This document shows positions 30,084 through 42,095 of a DNA stretch of 64,000 nt, piece after piece. This DNA comes from Eledone cirrhosa (taxonomy: Eukaryota), in NCBI GenBank assembly GCA_964016885.1, contig OZ024757.1, forward strand, positions 42,036,001 through 42,100,000. The letters run 5' to 3'. The notes beneath the pieces are model-generated. The model made no database searches. It saw only the letters and a list, made by a program, of their open reading frames with translations, and was not told the DNA's origin. A program made the position numbers and the translations under genes. Each line of letters begins with the position of its first letter. The first letter of the stretch is position 1.

Positions 30084-31177
30084 GCATAACGAAATTAAAC
30101 AATATATAAATGTGTCTAACCATACCATTTATGCTATATATATATATATATATATATATACATACATATACACACACACATAATAATTTGTTTGAGGCAG
30201 ATTTCCCAGAAGAGGTGACCATACACAATATTATGTATGTATATGAGAGAGAGGGGGTGGGAGAGAGGGGGGTGAGAGGGAGAGGGAGGGAGAGGAAGAG
30301 AGATAGGGGGTAGGGGGGGGGGATAGAGGGAGGGAGAGGGACAGAGAGAGGGACAGAGAGAGGGAGAGAGAGAGAGAGAATCTATCTGTGTATGACTGAA
30401 GAGGTCGGAGTATAATATTCAAATGAGAAGCTAATAACTAAACTTCTCTATTATTTATCAAAGACTTTAATAGCTGTTATTTCACCATTCTTCACCATCC
30501 CCCCTTTTAAAAGACTGCCTCCACCCTAGGCTGCGTCACTGAACAACCATAACATTTAAAAATCTTTCTATATTCTATTGTCGGTATATTTTGGGGACAT
30601 ATTATCTATTAAATAGTCCGTTTCTAACACTGTATACAAATTACTAAATTAACGCTTTAGATACAAATCTCTCCTAACTTCTACGTTACAAAACTATTTT
30701 CTTTTTTGGGGCTTTTTTAAGTGTTTATAATTTTTTAATTTCCACCATGATTTGACGCCAGAAACTTTTGTTATGTTCCAAACATCAACTTAATAATGGT
30801 TTCTGGTTTAGGCACAAGGCCAGCAATTTTGGGGGAGGGGAAAGTCGATTAAATCTATGCCAGTGCATTACCGGTACTTTATTTTATCGACCCCCGTAGG
30901 GATAAAAGGCAAAGTTAACCAGCAGTCACCCATACATACGTCTCCCCTCTCCATGCCACCGATGTTGTCCAAGAGAAAGGCAATGGCCGATACAGCTTGG
31001 CACCACTGATGCCGCAACTTGCTGAGTAAACTGGAGCAATGTGAAACAAAGTGTCTTGCTCAAGGAAACAACACTGTACCCAGTGCTAGAATTGAACTCA
31101 CAGCCTCTCAATTGCAAGCCCAATGCTCTAACCACTAAGCCATACACCTTATCTTTCTTCCAATGAGTATCACTGCT

Positions 31178-31302
31178 GTGGGATAACATCCATCAGTTTG
31201 GCTGGTCTCGCTTGAGGGATCCAGTTGGCACAGGACCTGCTGGAAGGGGTGTTTGAGGATTCTGCCACCCCTCCCAGGAATAAATGGGAGGAAGAAGAAG
31301 AA
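31178..31302 (+). mobile_element. RTE-clade (Expander/Rex3-like) LINE 3' end remnant
   Basis: Encodes WDNIHQFGWSRL and ends in a (GAA)n tail; same family as 51595-51746. Confidence 0.45.
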
Positions 31303-31346
31303 AAGATCACTGCAAATCACAGACTTTTCTCCTGTTGCTCTCTCTC

Positions 31347-31398
<52 letters not shown>

Positions 31399-31504
31399 GT
31401 ATATATATATTGGGTCAACAAGTATTAAATTTGTAGAAATTTGTAGGGAAAAAATAAATTTCTACAAATTTCATACTTGACGACCCAATATATATATATA
31501 TCCC

Positions 31505-31587
<83 letters not shown>

Positions 31588-31606
31588 ATATATATATATA
31601 TATATA

Positions 31607-31640
<34 letters not shown>

Positions 31641-31775
31641 AATATATATGTAGGAGGTGAGTTTTATTGTAGTACAATAAAGCAATGCAGATATCGGATA
31701 AGAAGCACTCTACAGTTTGTAGGACTGGAGTATATATAATATAAGATCAAAAGATGGTTAAAGGAGTTCCATGTA

Positions 31776-31842
31776 TTTTATTATGCGCATTTCAAAAACA
31801 AACATCATCATGCAATAATATTTGTGTTTTCATCAGATAAAA
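31776..31842 (-). ncRNA. Minimal type I hammerhead ribozyme (family C)
   Basis: Minus strand: TTTTAT-CTGATGA-long helix II-GAAA-TGCGCA-TA-ATAAAA; helix I perfect, palindromic helix III. Confidence 0.7.
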
Positions 31843-32001
31843 CAGGAGAACATGATATGAAGGCTAAAAAAACACTTGTGGATAGTGCAGTTTTAAATCA
31901 ACATATCATATGTTGATTTAAAACTGCACTATCCACAAATGCGCATAATAAAATACATGGAACTCCTTTAACCATCTTTTGATCTTATATTATAAATATA
32001 T

Positions 32002-32058
<57 letters not shown>

Positions 32059-32105
32059 AATATACGATATTAAACAAATGGAAACTATATTTATAAAACC
32101 ATATT

Positions 32106-32171
32106 TATTTCATTATACATATTTCGGGGATACCATATTAAAAATATGGCATGCCTTCTTCAGATAAAATA
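32106..32171 (-). ncRNA. Minimal type I hammerhead ribozyme, family A
   Basis: Minus strand: TATTTTAT-CTGAAGA-aggc-ATGCCATATT-ttt-AATATGGTAT-cccc-GAAA-TATGTA-TA-ATGAAATA. Confidence 0.65.
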
Positions 32172-32346
32172 CAATATATAAACAGTTTTATAAATAATTT
32201 TGACGTACCATAAATATTGAGCAACCGTTATGTAGGAAGCCGGCTTCCTACATAACGGTTGAGAGAGAGAGAGAGAGAGAGAGTGAGAGAGTGAGAGAGA
32301 GAGAGTGAGAGAGAGTGAGAGTGAGAGAGAGAGAGTGAGAGAGAGA

Positions 32347-32668
32347 TTTTGTTTTAGTCTCATTCATTCTCAGCCCCACACTCATCGACACAGTCTCAAC
32401 CTCCCGCATCAAATCCTCTGCTTCCTTTACTGTATTTGTCACCAAAACTATGTAGTTGGCAAATTCAGCATCCGATACCTTTTTCGCCCTAATTCTCCTG
32501 CTCTGAGCTGGTGTTACAGTAAAGCCAGAGTCCCGGTGTTTCTCCAGTGCAAGGCGCATACAATAGTCCACTACGATGATAAAAAGGTAGGGAGCCAATG
32601 TATCTCCCTGGAGCACTCCAGCCAGTATCTCAAAGAACTCTGTCATCCCATCAGGTGTAATGACTTGG
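32347..32668 (-). mobile_element. RTE/RTE-X LINE reverse-transcriptase fragment (inverted segment)
   Basis: Translation VITPDGMTEFFEILAGVLQGDTLAPYLFIIVVDY...FANYIVL...GLRMNETKTK shows the RT QG motif, a degenerate FADD box and GL..N..KT. Confidence 0.85.
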
Positions 32669-32797
32669 TTAACGTATGTTGATGCCCTAAGGACAGACAC
32701 TGGTCTGTTGGAGACGCAGGACATGGCAGCGATAATGAGGGACAGAGACCGCTGGAGAGAACTCGTCCATGGATCTCGGGAATTTTACCCGTCCTAG
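32669..32797 (+). mobile_element. RTE/RTE-X LINE ORF C-terminus and 3' end
   Basis: Translation LTYVDALRTDTGLLETQDMAAIMRDRDRWRELVHGSREFYPS* resembles the RTE-type D..G....M.DR..WR terminus; followed by a simple-repeat tail. Confidence 0.65.
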
Positions 32798-32829
32798 ATA
32801 TATATATATATAGAGAGAGAGAGAGAAAG

Positions 32830-32860
<31 letters not shown>

Positions 32861-32863
32861 AAG

Positions 32864-32894
<31 letters not shown>

Positions 32895-34206
32895 TTGAGA
32901 GAGAGAGAGAGAGAGAGATTGAGAGAGAGAGAGAGAGAGAAGAGAGAGGGATAGATAGATATAGAGAGAGGGGGGGGGGAGAGGCTGTGGTTTCCAAGGA
33001 TACTCCCTGGAATAAAAATAATCAAATTATAATAAATCTAGAATCTCACCCCAATATTTGGCAGAAGTTCTCTCAATGTTGGATAAGCCGTCATTTATGT
33101 CCAAAATAAATCTACAAATATTCTAAACCCCGTAAGACACACAAATCCATGGCTCACATTTATATTACAGATTGTTTTTGATTTTTTGGTGAGTATCTTG
33201 TGTATGTGTGTATGTGTGTGTATATGTATGTGTATATGTATGTGTATGTGTATGTGTATGTGTGTGAGTGACTGTATGTGTATGAGTGTGTTCTATATTA
33301 ATATCCCCCCCCCCCCAAGAAATTAGAGAAGTCTATACTCTACACCTATTTGCATAATAACAGATTTTTTTGGCTTAGTCGTGTGTGTGTGTATGTGTGT
33401 GAGTGTGTATGTGTGTGCGTATATGTGTGTGTATGTATGTGTGTCTATGCATGAACATATGTGTATGTATGCAAATATGTGTATGTATATGTATGTGTGT
33501 CTATGTATGCACATATGTGTATGTCTATGTATGCATATATGTGTATGTCTATGTATGTGTGTCTATGTATGCACATATGTGTATGTCTATGTATGTGTGT
33601 CTATGTATGTATGCAGGTATGTGTATGTGTGTATTTCATTAATATCCCCGTAACGAGAGAGATCCATGACCACACCTATTTACATAATAACAGCCAGACT
33701 CGGCAGAATTCCATCTTTATAGATCAGCCATTCTCTGTGACTCACTACCAGAACATATTACCATTCTCACTCTCACCAAGGGAAGAAACATAGAATCAAA
33801 CACATAAATCATAATTACTTCTTTTACATCCACTTCTCCATGTTGGCTTTGGTTGGACGAGTCTTTCTCTCCCCTCTCTCTCCTCTTCCCCCTTCTCTCT
33901 CGCCACTTGTTGCATCTATCCCCCCCTCTCTCTCCTCTGCCTATCCCCCTCCCTTCTTCCCCCTCTCTCCCCTCTGTCTTTCCTTTCTCTCCTCCTCCCT
34001 TCTTCCTCCTATCTCTCCATTTGTTGCATCTCTCCATTGTTCCTTCGTCACCCCATCATCACCATTTAATGTCTATTTTCCCCGCCAGCAAGGGATGTGT
34101 TAGACATTGGAGGCAAGTTGGGTCAAGTGACAGTGACCATGTCTTGCTCATATACAACTATTTTTGGCCTCGTTTCTCCAGCTGGATGCCCTTCCTAATG
34201 CCAACC

Positions 34207-35282
34207 ACATTTACAGTGTGTATTGGGTGTATATTGTTGTGACACCAACATGACCACTTTACAGTGTGTGCTGGGTGTATATTGTTGTGACACCAACATG
34301 ACCACTTTACAGTGTGTACTGGGTGTATATTGTTGTGACACCAACATGACCACTTTACAGTGTGTACTGGGTGTATATTGTTGTGACACCAACATGACCA
34401 CTTTACAGTGTGTACTGGGTGTATATTGTTGTGACACCAACATGACCACTTTACAGTGTGTGCTGGGTGTATATTGTTGTGACACCAACATGACCACTTT
34501 ACAGTGTGTGCTGGGTGTATATTGTTGTGACACCAACATGACCACTTTATAGTGTGTACTGGGTGTATATTGTTGTGACACCAACATGACGACTTTACAG
34601 TGTGTGCTGGGTGTATATTGTTGTGACACCAAGATGACCACTTTATAGTGTGTACTGGGTGTATATTGTTGTGACACCAACATGACGACTTTACAGTGTG
34701 TGCTGGGTGTATATTGTTGTGACACCAACATGACCACTTTATAGTGTGTACTGGGTGTATATTGTTGTGACACCAACATGACCACTTTACAGTGTGTACT
34801 GGGTGTATATTGTTGTGACACCAACATGACCACTTTACAGTGTGTACTGGGTGTATATTGTTGTGACACCAACATGACCACTTTATAGTGTGTACTGGGT
34901 GTATATTGTTGACACCAACATGACCACTTTACAGTGTGTACTGGGTGTATATTGTTGTGACACCAACATGACCACTTTACAGTGTGTACTGGGTGTATAT
35001 TGTTGTGACACCAACATGACCACTTTACAGTGTGTGCTGGGTGTATATTGTTGACACCAACATGACCACTTTACAGTGTGTACTGGGTGTATATTGTTGT
35101 GACACCAACATGACCACTTTATAGTGTGTACTGGGTGTATATTGTTGACACCAACATGACCACTTTACAGTGTGTACTGGGTGTATATTGTTGTGACACC
35201 AACATGACCACTTTACAGTGTGTACTGGGTGTATATTGTTGTGACACCAACATGACCACTTTATAGTGTGTGCTGGGTGTTT
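34207..35282. repeat. 48-bp minisatellite (~22 copies) grown from a dispersed retro-element segment
   Basis: Unit tttacagtgtgtactgggtgtatattgttgtgacaccaacatgaccac directly continues the common ggatgcccttcctaatgccaacc repeat. Confidence 0.9.
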
Positions 35283-36333
35283 TTTGTTAGACAACAATAA
35301 CATTCCAAGGTAAAAGTGACAACATCAAAGGAGTAGTTAACTCTTTAGTATTTAAACCAGCTGTATCCAGCCAGAATTCTCTCGCCTCTTTCCATCCCAA
35401 CTGGCTATAACCAAAATGAATAATATCAAAATCTCGTAGATTCAATATTATGTAAGTTAAAGCCTTTACCATGAAAATACAATAGTAAATATAGAGTAAT
35501 GTAAATACTAAAGGGTTAAAGAAGGTAGTCTGTTAAAACTATCTAAAAATAGTGTAAGGTCTGTCTGAAGCCCAGAGAATCATTAGGCCAGTGTTGGACT
35601 GGGTTTCATTGGCATTAAGTGACAAGACTCTAGTCCATTGTAGAGTTAAACTCTGTTATCACTGAGTATAGTGGAGCAATGAAGTGTCTTGCTGAAGAAC
35701 ACAACAATCATCTTAGTCCAGGAATTGAATCTAAGACATTATGATTGTAAGTACAACATCCTAACCACTTCAAGCTTATCACCCAAGCTAAAAACACTTA
35801 AGGAGCAGGTGCTAAACAAGGTATGTTAATCTTTTCGTTATCATATTTCCAATGAACGATACAGCCAATGATTTTAAAATAACTTTGAAAATAATCAAAA
35901 ATATGGAGAGATTTAGTAATACGACTCGTTTTACTGGAGCAACGTGAAGTAAAAGTATTTTGCTGAAATACATACTCCACTGCTGGGAATTGAACTCAAA
36001 GCCTTACAATTATGAGTTGAACACCCTAACCATTAAGCCACTCATCTTCATGAGACTTCTACTGAAGGGTGTCTTTTTAACATGAAAGGGATAGAGGGGG
36101 AAGAAAGAGAGGGGGGTGGAGAAAGAGAGGGGGGTGGAGAAAGAGAGGGGGTGGAGAGAGAGAGGAGGAGGAAGCGAGAGGGGGGGGGGGGCAAGTAACT
36201 TGACATATTTCTCGAAAATATTAAAAATTTAGTTGAAACTAATAACTTTGGACTTTAAATTTGAGGGGAAAAAATCCAATTTATGATAAGCCATTTAGAA
36301 GAGATAAACATAGTAGTAGTAGTAGTAGTAGTG

Positions 36334-36366
<33 letters not shown>

Positions 36367-36367
36367 A

Positions 36368-36418
<51 letters not shown>

Positions 36419-36529
36419 TAGTAGTAGTGGTAGTAGTGGTAGCAGCAGCAGTAGTAGTGGTAGTAGCAGTAATAGTAGTAGCAGTGGTGGTCATCCATTC
36501 AACTGTAGAAACCAAGCCAGAATACCCCC

Positions 36530-36712
36530 ACCTTCTCCTTCTGTTCACAAGAGTGTCAGTTACAAAGATGTGGTTCCGCCACAGCTGAACACATTGCTGT
36601 CCTTTCTCATTAAACTCTGCCAAGTCCAATACTGTGCAGGGGTGTTCCAGCAGGGGGTATATCAAGCAGTGCTGCATAGTCTGTGGTTTGATGCCACGGT
36701 CACATAATGTGA
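36530..36712 (-). mobile_element. Degenerate LINE C-terminal (CCHC-like) fragment
   Basis: Translation LCDRGIKPQTMQHCLIYPLLEHPCTVLDLAEFN...W resembles the C-x-CG..QT..H...CP terminus of non-LTR retrotransposons; purine-rich tail. Confidence 0.4.
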
Positions 36713-37557
36713 CAACCTGTCTAACCCATGCTAGTGTGGATTAACAGACCTTAAATGATGACAATGATGATGATGAAACTGTATGATGAAGTTTTTAGGT
36801 ATAGAAATATACACACCTGATGTGAAACAGATTGTGTTTGTTTGTAGCAACAAAATCTGTTGTCAAATTTTTAGGTATAGAATTATATACACACTTGATG
36901 TGAAACAAAATGTATGTTTGTTTGTAGCAACAAAATATATTAAGAAGTTTTTAGGTATAGAAGTACAGACACTTAATGTTATTCTTGACACATATTGGAA
37001 GGCAGTAACTTCCAATGACGGCGATGATGGCAATGATGATGATGGTGATGATGGCGATGATGGTGATCATGGGGATGATGATGATGATGATGGTGGCATA
37101 TTCTCTCTCACATAATTCACTGCTGCTATCTTTTGACACCAGTTGGGCTTCGTGACACACTTTCACTCTGATTCTTTATCACAATGTATTCTTCTAGACA
37201 ACTACTTTACATATTATTTCACAGGTTTCAGTCATTAGACTGCTGCCATGCTGGAGCACCACCTAATCATATATATATAGCTCCGGACTAGAACTAAACT
37301 TAGCTTATATATATATATATATATATATATAAGGCTCCTAGTCCACACTGTAAATGTGGTTGGCGTTAGGAAGGGCACCCAGCTGTAGAAAACCAGCCAA
37401 ATATAGTTCTATACAAGCAAGACACGGTCACCCAACCAATCTTGCCTCAAATGGGACAAACCCGTCTAACCCATGCTAGCATGGAAGATGGACGTTAAAC
37501 GACGATTTTGATGATATATATAAGTATGGACAAGGTGTCAACATTTCATTACATTTA

Positions 37558-37649
37558 TTCAGGTGTGACACGTTTCACGATTGATCAGCTCAAGGTTCGA
37601 TCTGTATTGATCTGGCCCGACTCTGGAATCAAAAGCTCATCAGACTGAA
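37558..37649 (-). ncRNA. Hammerhead ribozyme motif with long helix II (family D)
   Basis: Minus strand: TTCAGT-CTGATGA-gc...TTGAT..CAG..GATC-aataca-GATC..CTGATCAA..gt-GAAA-CGTG-TC-ACacc-TGAA; GUC triplet. Confidence 0.55.
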
Positions 37650-38159
37650 GGGTTAGGCATGTGTTTTAAATTGCTCAATGGTTAATCCAGCCCTACATAG
37701 ACTGGAATACCTTTTTTTGATCATGGGTTCTAAATAGAGCAGACCTAGGGCTGAACAACAACAACAATTAGAAACCTGTACATTCTTGACATAGCCAAGA
37801 CTATGTCTCAAAAGTCAAACTTCCTTTTACAGGGTCAGAAAATAGTAGACATTCCAGAAGAGCTGGTAACAATTTAGAAATGACCACATCAGAATAGGGT
37901 AAAGTTAGGGGTAGGGAGTGGCACCCACTCCATATCTTTGCCAGTGGAAGTGTCCTATATTGACTGGTTGGTTGGGTAGTTAGTTAGCTGTAAAATTACA
38001 TATCTATGTCCTTCATCAGGCAGCAGGGAAATTACCATAATCAGTGCATAACTACACTGTAAGACTACACACCTGCGTAGAGAGATAAATACAACATTTA
38101 TGCAGAAAGGTAAACGGGTAAGAAAGAAAACAAACTAAAACAGATCTATAATAATAATA

Positions 38160-38765
38160 ATGTTTTCTACTTTTGGCACAAGGCCAGCAATTACCAGTAC
38201 ATTACTGGTACTATATTTTATCGACCCTGTAAGGATGAAAGGCAAAGCAAATCTCGGCAGGATTTGAACTCAGAATGTAAAGGGCCATAACACTATGCTG
38301 CAAAGCATGGTGACCAATGATAATGATTACTAGTATAGGCACAAGGCCAGTAATTTGGGGGGAGGGGAAAATCAATTCAATCAACCCCAGTACATTACTG
38401 TTACTTTATTTTATCGATCCTGTAATGATAAAAGGCAAAGATAACTTTGGTGGGATTTGAACTCAGAACATAAAAGGCCGTAACTATGTCACAAAGCATG
38501 GTGTCCGACGCTCTACCGATTCTGCTGCCATGGTGTCCGACGCTCTACCGATTCTGCTGCCAATCCACTGCCCTAATAATAATTGTTTCTACTATTGGCA
38601 CAAGGCCAGCAATTATCCCAGTGTATTACTGGTACTTTATTTTATCGACCCCGTAAGGATGAAAGGCAAAGTTAACCTCAACGTTTCTACTTTAGGCACA
38701 AAGCCAGCAATTTAGAGAGAGAGTAAAGTTGATTAAATTGAATGCTCTACTGATTCTGCCAACCC
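38160..38765 (-). mobile_element. Cluster of Meta-domain-like tRNA SINE copies
   Basis: Three to four adjacent or nested reverse copies of the element at 49374-49556. Confidence 0.75.
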
Positions 38766-40123
38766 ACCACCCTCAATAATAATAAAACATGCGCGAACAC
38801 ACAAAAACACAGGTTAATTAGTAAATTATCTCTGCTTCTGTATGTTACCTGTGCTTATCAAGATATAGTTTTATCATAGCTAAATGTACTGTCATGTACA
38901 GACACCTGCTTTAGAGTTCATTATTTTATTTGATGGATCTTTCGTCAGTTTAAACGATGATCCAATCAGTTGTTCTAATAAACCCCCAGATAATTATTGA
39001 AAGCAGGGTTGGATTTAGACTTTCAGAAGGGCCCGGGTCACTTCAGGTGTTTTGGCGGGGTTTCATTCACAAAAAATTATAATACACAGCAAACACCTCA
39101 ATTTTACATATCAAAGTTAGCTTGGCACAAGTAATTGGAATTGAAAAAGTTATACATACAGGTATTAAACTAAAAAATTCTAACCACCCTAAAACTAAAA
39201 AGCCCAGCTGAGGGCACAAATAAATTGCTATGGTCATTGCTGCTCGAGACACTGCATCCTTCAAAACTTCCATGCTTCCTGAAATTTGCCAACACTACAA
39301 CTGATATTCCCCCACCATACACAAACACGTGTGTGTCTGTGTGTATATCATAGGTCATACACACTTTACTTTCCTGACATTTGTACATTATTCTAAGTAC
39401 TATACATGCACCTTTGATGAGTTGTAGTGCACCTGAGCACTGTACACAATATATATATATATATTTCTACCTGCCGAAATGCGATTCTCGCAGAATTTAT
39501 ATTTATATATATATATATATAGTTATATATTTATATATATATATATATATATATTATGCACACGTGGGTCTGTGTATATCATGACTCATACACTGTTCAC
39601 TTTCCTGACATTTGTACATTATTCTATGTACTATACAGGCACCTTTGATGAGTTGTAGTGCACCTGAGCATTGTACACAATAATTTTCATTATTATTATA
39701 ACTAGATATAAAGAGACAGAGGCTAGGAGGAATCCGACATAATCGTTTCTCTGAGACTGTCACGGTTTTGGACCAGCAAAATATACTGAAATATTTCAAT
39801 GGCTTTATTTAATAAAATGTCCACGTCTAACTGAATTATTTTGTTTACTGTTGTCACTACCAGAACAACTAAATATAACTATACTGTTTACTGAGAGAGA
39901 GAGAGAGAGGGGGGGGTATGAATGTGTGTGTCTGGGTATGTATGAATGTGTGAGAATTTATGAGGACGTCTTTGTGAGAGAATGTGTACACGTGTGTGTG
40001 TGTATGAGAGATAGTAGTGCATGGGTGTTCCATTGTACACACGTGTGTGTATGTGTGAGAGAGAGTCAAGGGTTCAATCGGGGGTGACTACAGTAAGTAA
40101 AATACTCAATACATTAGTAGAGA

Positions 40124-40174
40124 GCTTTCCTGATGATTTCCTTCGATTGAAATAGTTCTAGTCCTGTAGAAGCC
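40124..40174 (+). ncRNA. Hammerhead ribozyme motif, family B
   Basis: GCTTTC-CTGATGA-tttccttcgatt-GAAA-TAG-ttctagtc-CTG-TA-GAAGC. Confidence 0.5.
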
Positions 40175-40212
40175 GTTTCGATATAATATATATACATACA
40201 TTAATTCATTAT

Positions 40213-40264
<52 letters not shown>

Positions 40265-40515
40265 GAGATCGTGTAGGTGTCACGACAAAAAAAAAAAAAC
40301 ACACAGTCCACGCTGTAATGTGACCGTGTAGGCAACACGGTAAAAACCTCCCAGCCCCACACTGTAAATGTGGTTGGTGTTAGGAAGGGCATCCAACTGT
40401 AGAAAACCCGCCAGACAGTCCTATGCGAGCAAGACAACCACTCTTGCCTCAAGTGGGAAAACCCCCGTCCAAACCCATGCAAGCGTGGAACAGGGACGTT
40501 AAACGATGATGATGA

Positions 40516-40576
<61 letters not shown>

Positions 40577-40794
40577 ATATATTAATAAATGGAAACTATA
40601 TTTATAAAACCATATTTATTTTATATATATTTCAAGGCAAATTATGGAGGCGCTTTCATCAAATAAAATACAGATTTGTTTTATAAATAAATATTGACAT
40701 ACACGGAAAAAAAGACAACCTTAACGGTTGGAGCTTCCTGGATAGTTTTAAAATTTTTAAGCTTGTTGAATCCCAACAAATTAAATATAACCTC

Positions 40795-40834
<40 letters not shown>

Positions 40835-41084
40835 CATGCAGTTCTGAAAAGTCACGTACTCTGCAACATGTAACGCTATCTGGCAAACGCGCGCCCTTGT
40901 CACAAGGCTATATATAAATATGATATACAAACACAAACACACACATACAAATAAAAATATTCTTCGATATATAGTTGCTTTGCATTACTTTATGAAATAT
41001 ATAAATATATATACACACACAAACAGAAGCAATGGGGATCACTTATAACCTCCAGAGATGTTATATCACAACAAATGGGTCCCA

Positions 41085-42095
41085 AATTATTTCAGTGTGT
41101 AATATTATCGAAAATCTTTGTCCCAAACTGATCAGAATAAGCGCCCACACACGAACATATATTAAAGATCCGACATCTCACAACTGACATGGTAGACACC
41201 CACAAAATTACAACCCTGAACACCTTTTTGAATTCCATATGTCTAACACTTATGGACATGCCGACAAAGTCAGAAAACAGTACAGCTCCTATGACTTTCG
41301 GAAACATTCTTTCATGCTCAGAGTTGCTGAAACATGGAACAAACTACCTGCATCAGTTGTTAGCTGCCGAGACACTGCATCCTTTAAAACTTCCATGGAA
41401 CAAACTACCTGCATCAGTTGTTAGCTGTCGAGACACTGCATCCTTCAAAACTTCCATGGAACAAACTACCTGCATCAATTGTTAGCTGTCGAGACACTGC
41501 ATCCTTCAAAACTTCCATGGAACAAACTACCTGCATCAGTTGTTAGCTGCCGAGACACTGCATCCTTCAAAACTTCCATGGAACAAACTACCTGCATCAG
41601 TTGTTAGCTGCCGAGACACTGCATCCTTCAAAACTTCCATGGAACAAACTACCTGCATCAGTTGTTAGCTGCCGAGACACTGCATCCTTCAAAACTTCCA
41701 TGGAACAAACTACCTGCATCAGTTGTTAGCTGCCGAGACACTGCATCCTTCAAAACTTCCATGGGACAAACTACCTGCATCAGTTGTTAGCTGCCGAGAC
41801 ACTGCATCCTTCAAAACTTCCATGGAACAAACTACCTGCATCAGTTGTTAGCTGCCGAGACACTGCATCCTTCAAAACTTCCATGCTTCCTGAAATTTGC
41901 CAACACTACACCTAATGTTCCCCCTCCATACACACGTCTGTGTGTGGTATGTGTCTGTGGTGTGTATGTCTGTGTCCTTATCATGACTCATACACTGTTC
42001 ACTTTCCTGATATTATTCTAAGTACTATACATGCACCTTTGATGAGTTGTAGTGCACCTGAGCACTGTACACAAGAATTTTCATTATTATCATTA
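41085..42095 (+). mobile_element. CR1/L2-group LINE 3' end with nine-copy 61-bp internal array
   Basis: Translation TYGHADKVRKQYSSYDFRKHSFMLRVAETWNKLPASVVSCRDTASFK fits the CR1-like T.GH...R..F..RV...WN.LP...F terminus. The 61-bp unit repeats at 41333-41881. The 3' UTR recurs at ~39245-39450, 39560-39700 and 63150-63330. Confidence 0.8.

Noticed and set aside
34195-35303. 16-aa repeat ORFs
   Set aside because: 48-bp minisatellite derived from a dispersed repeat.
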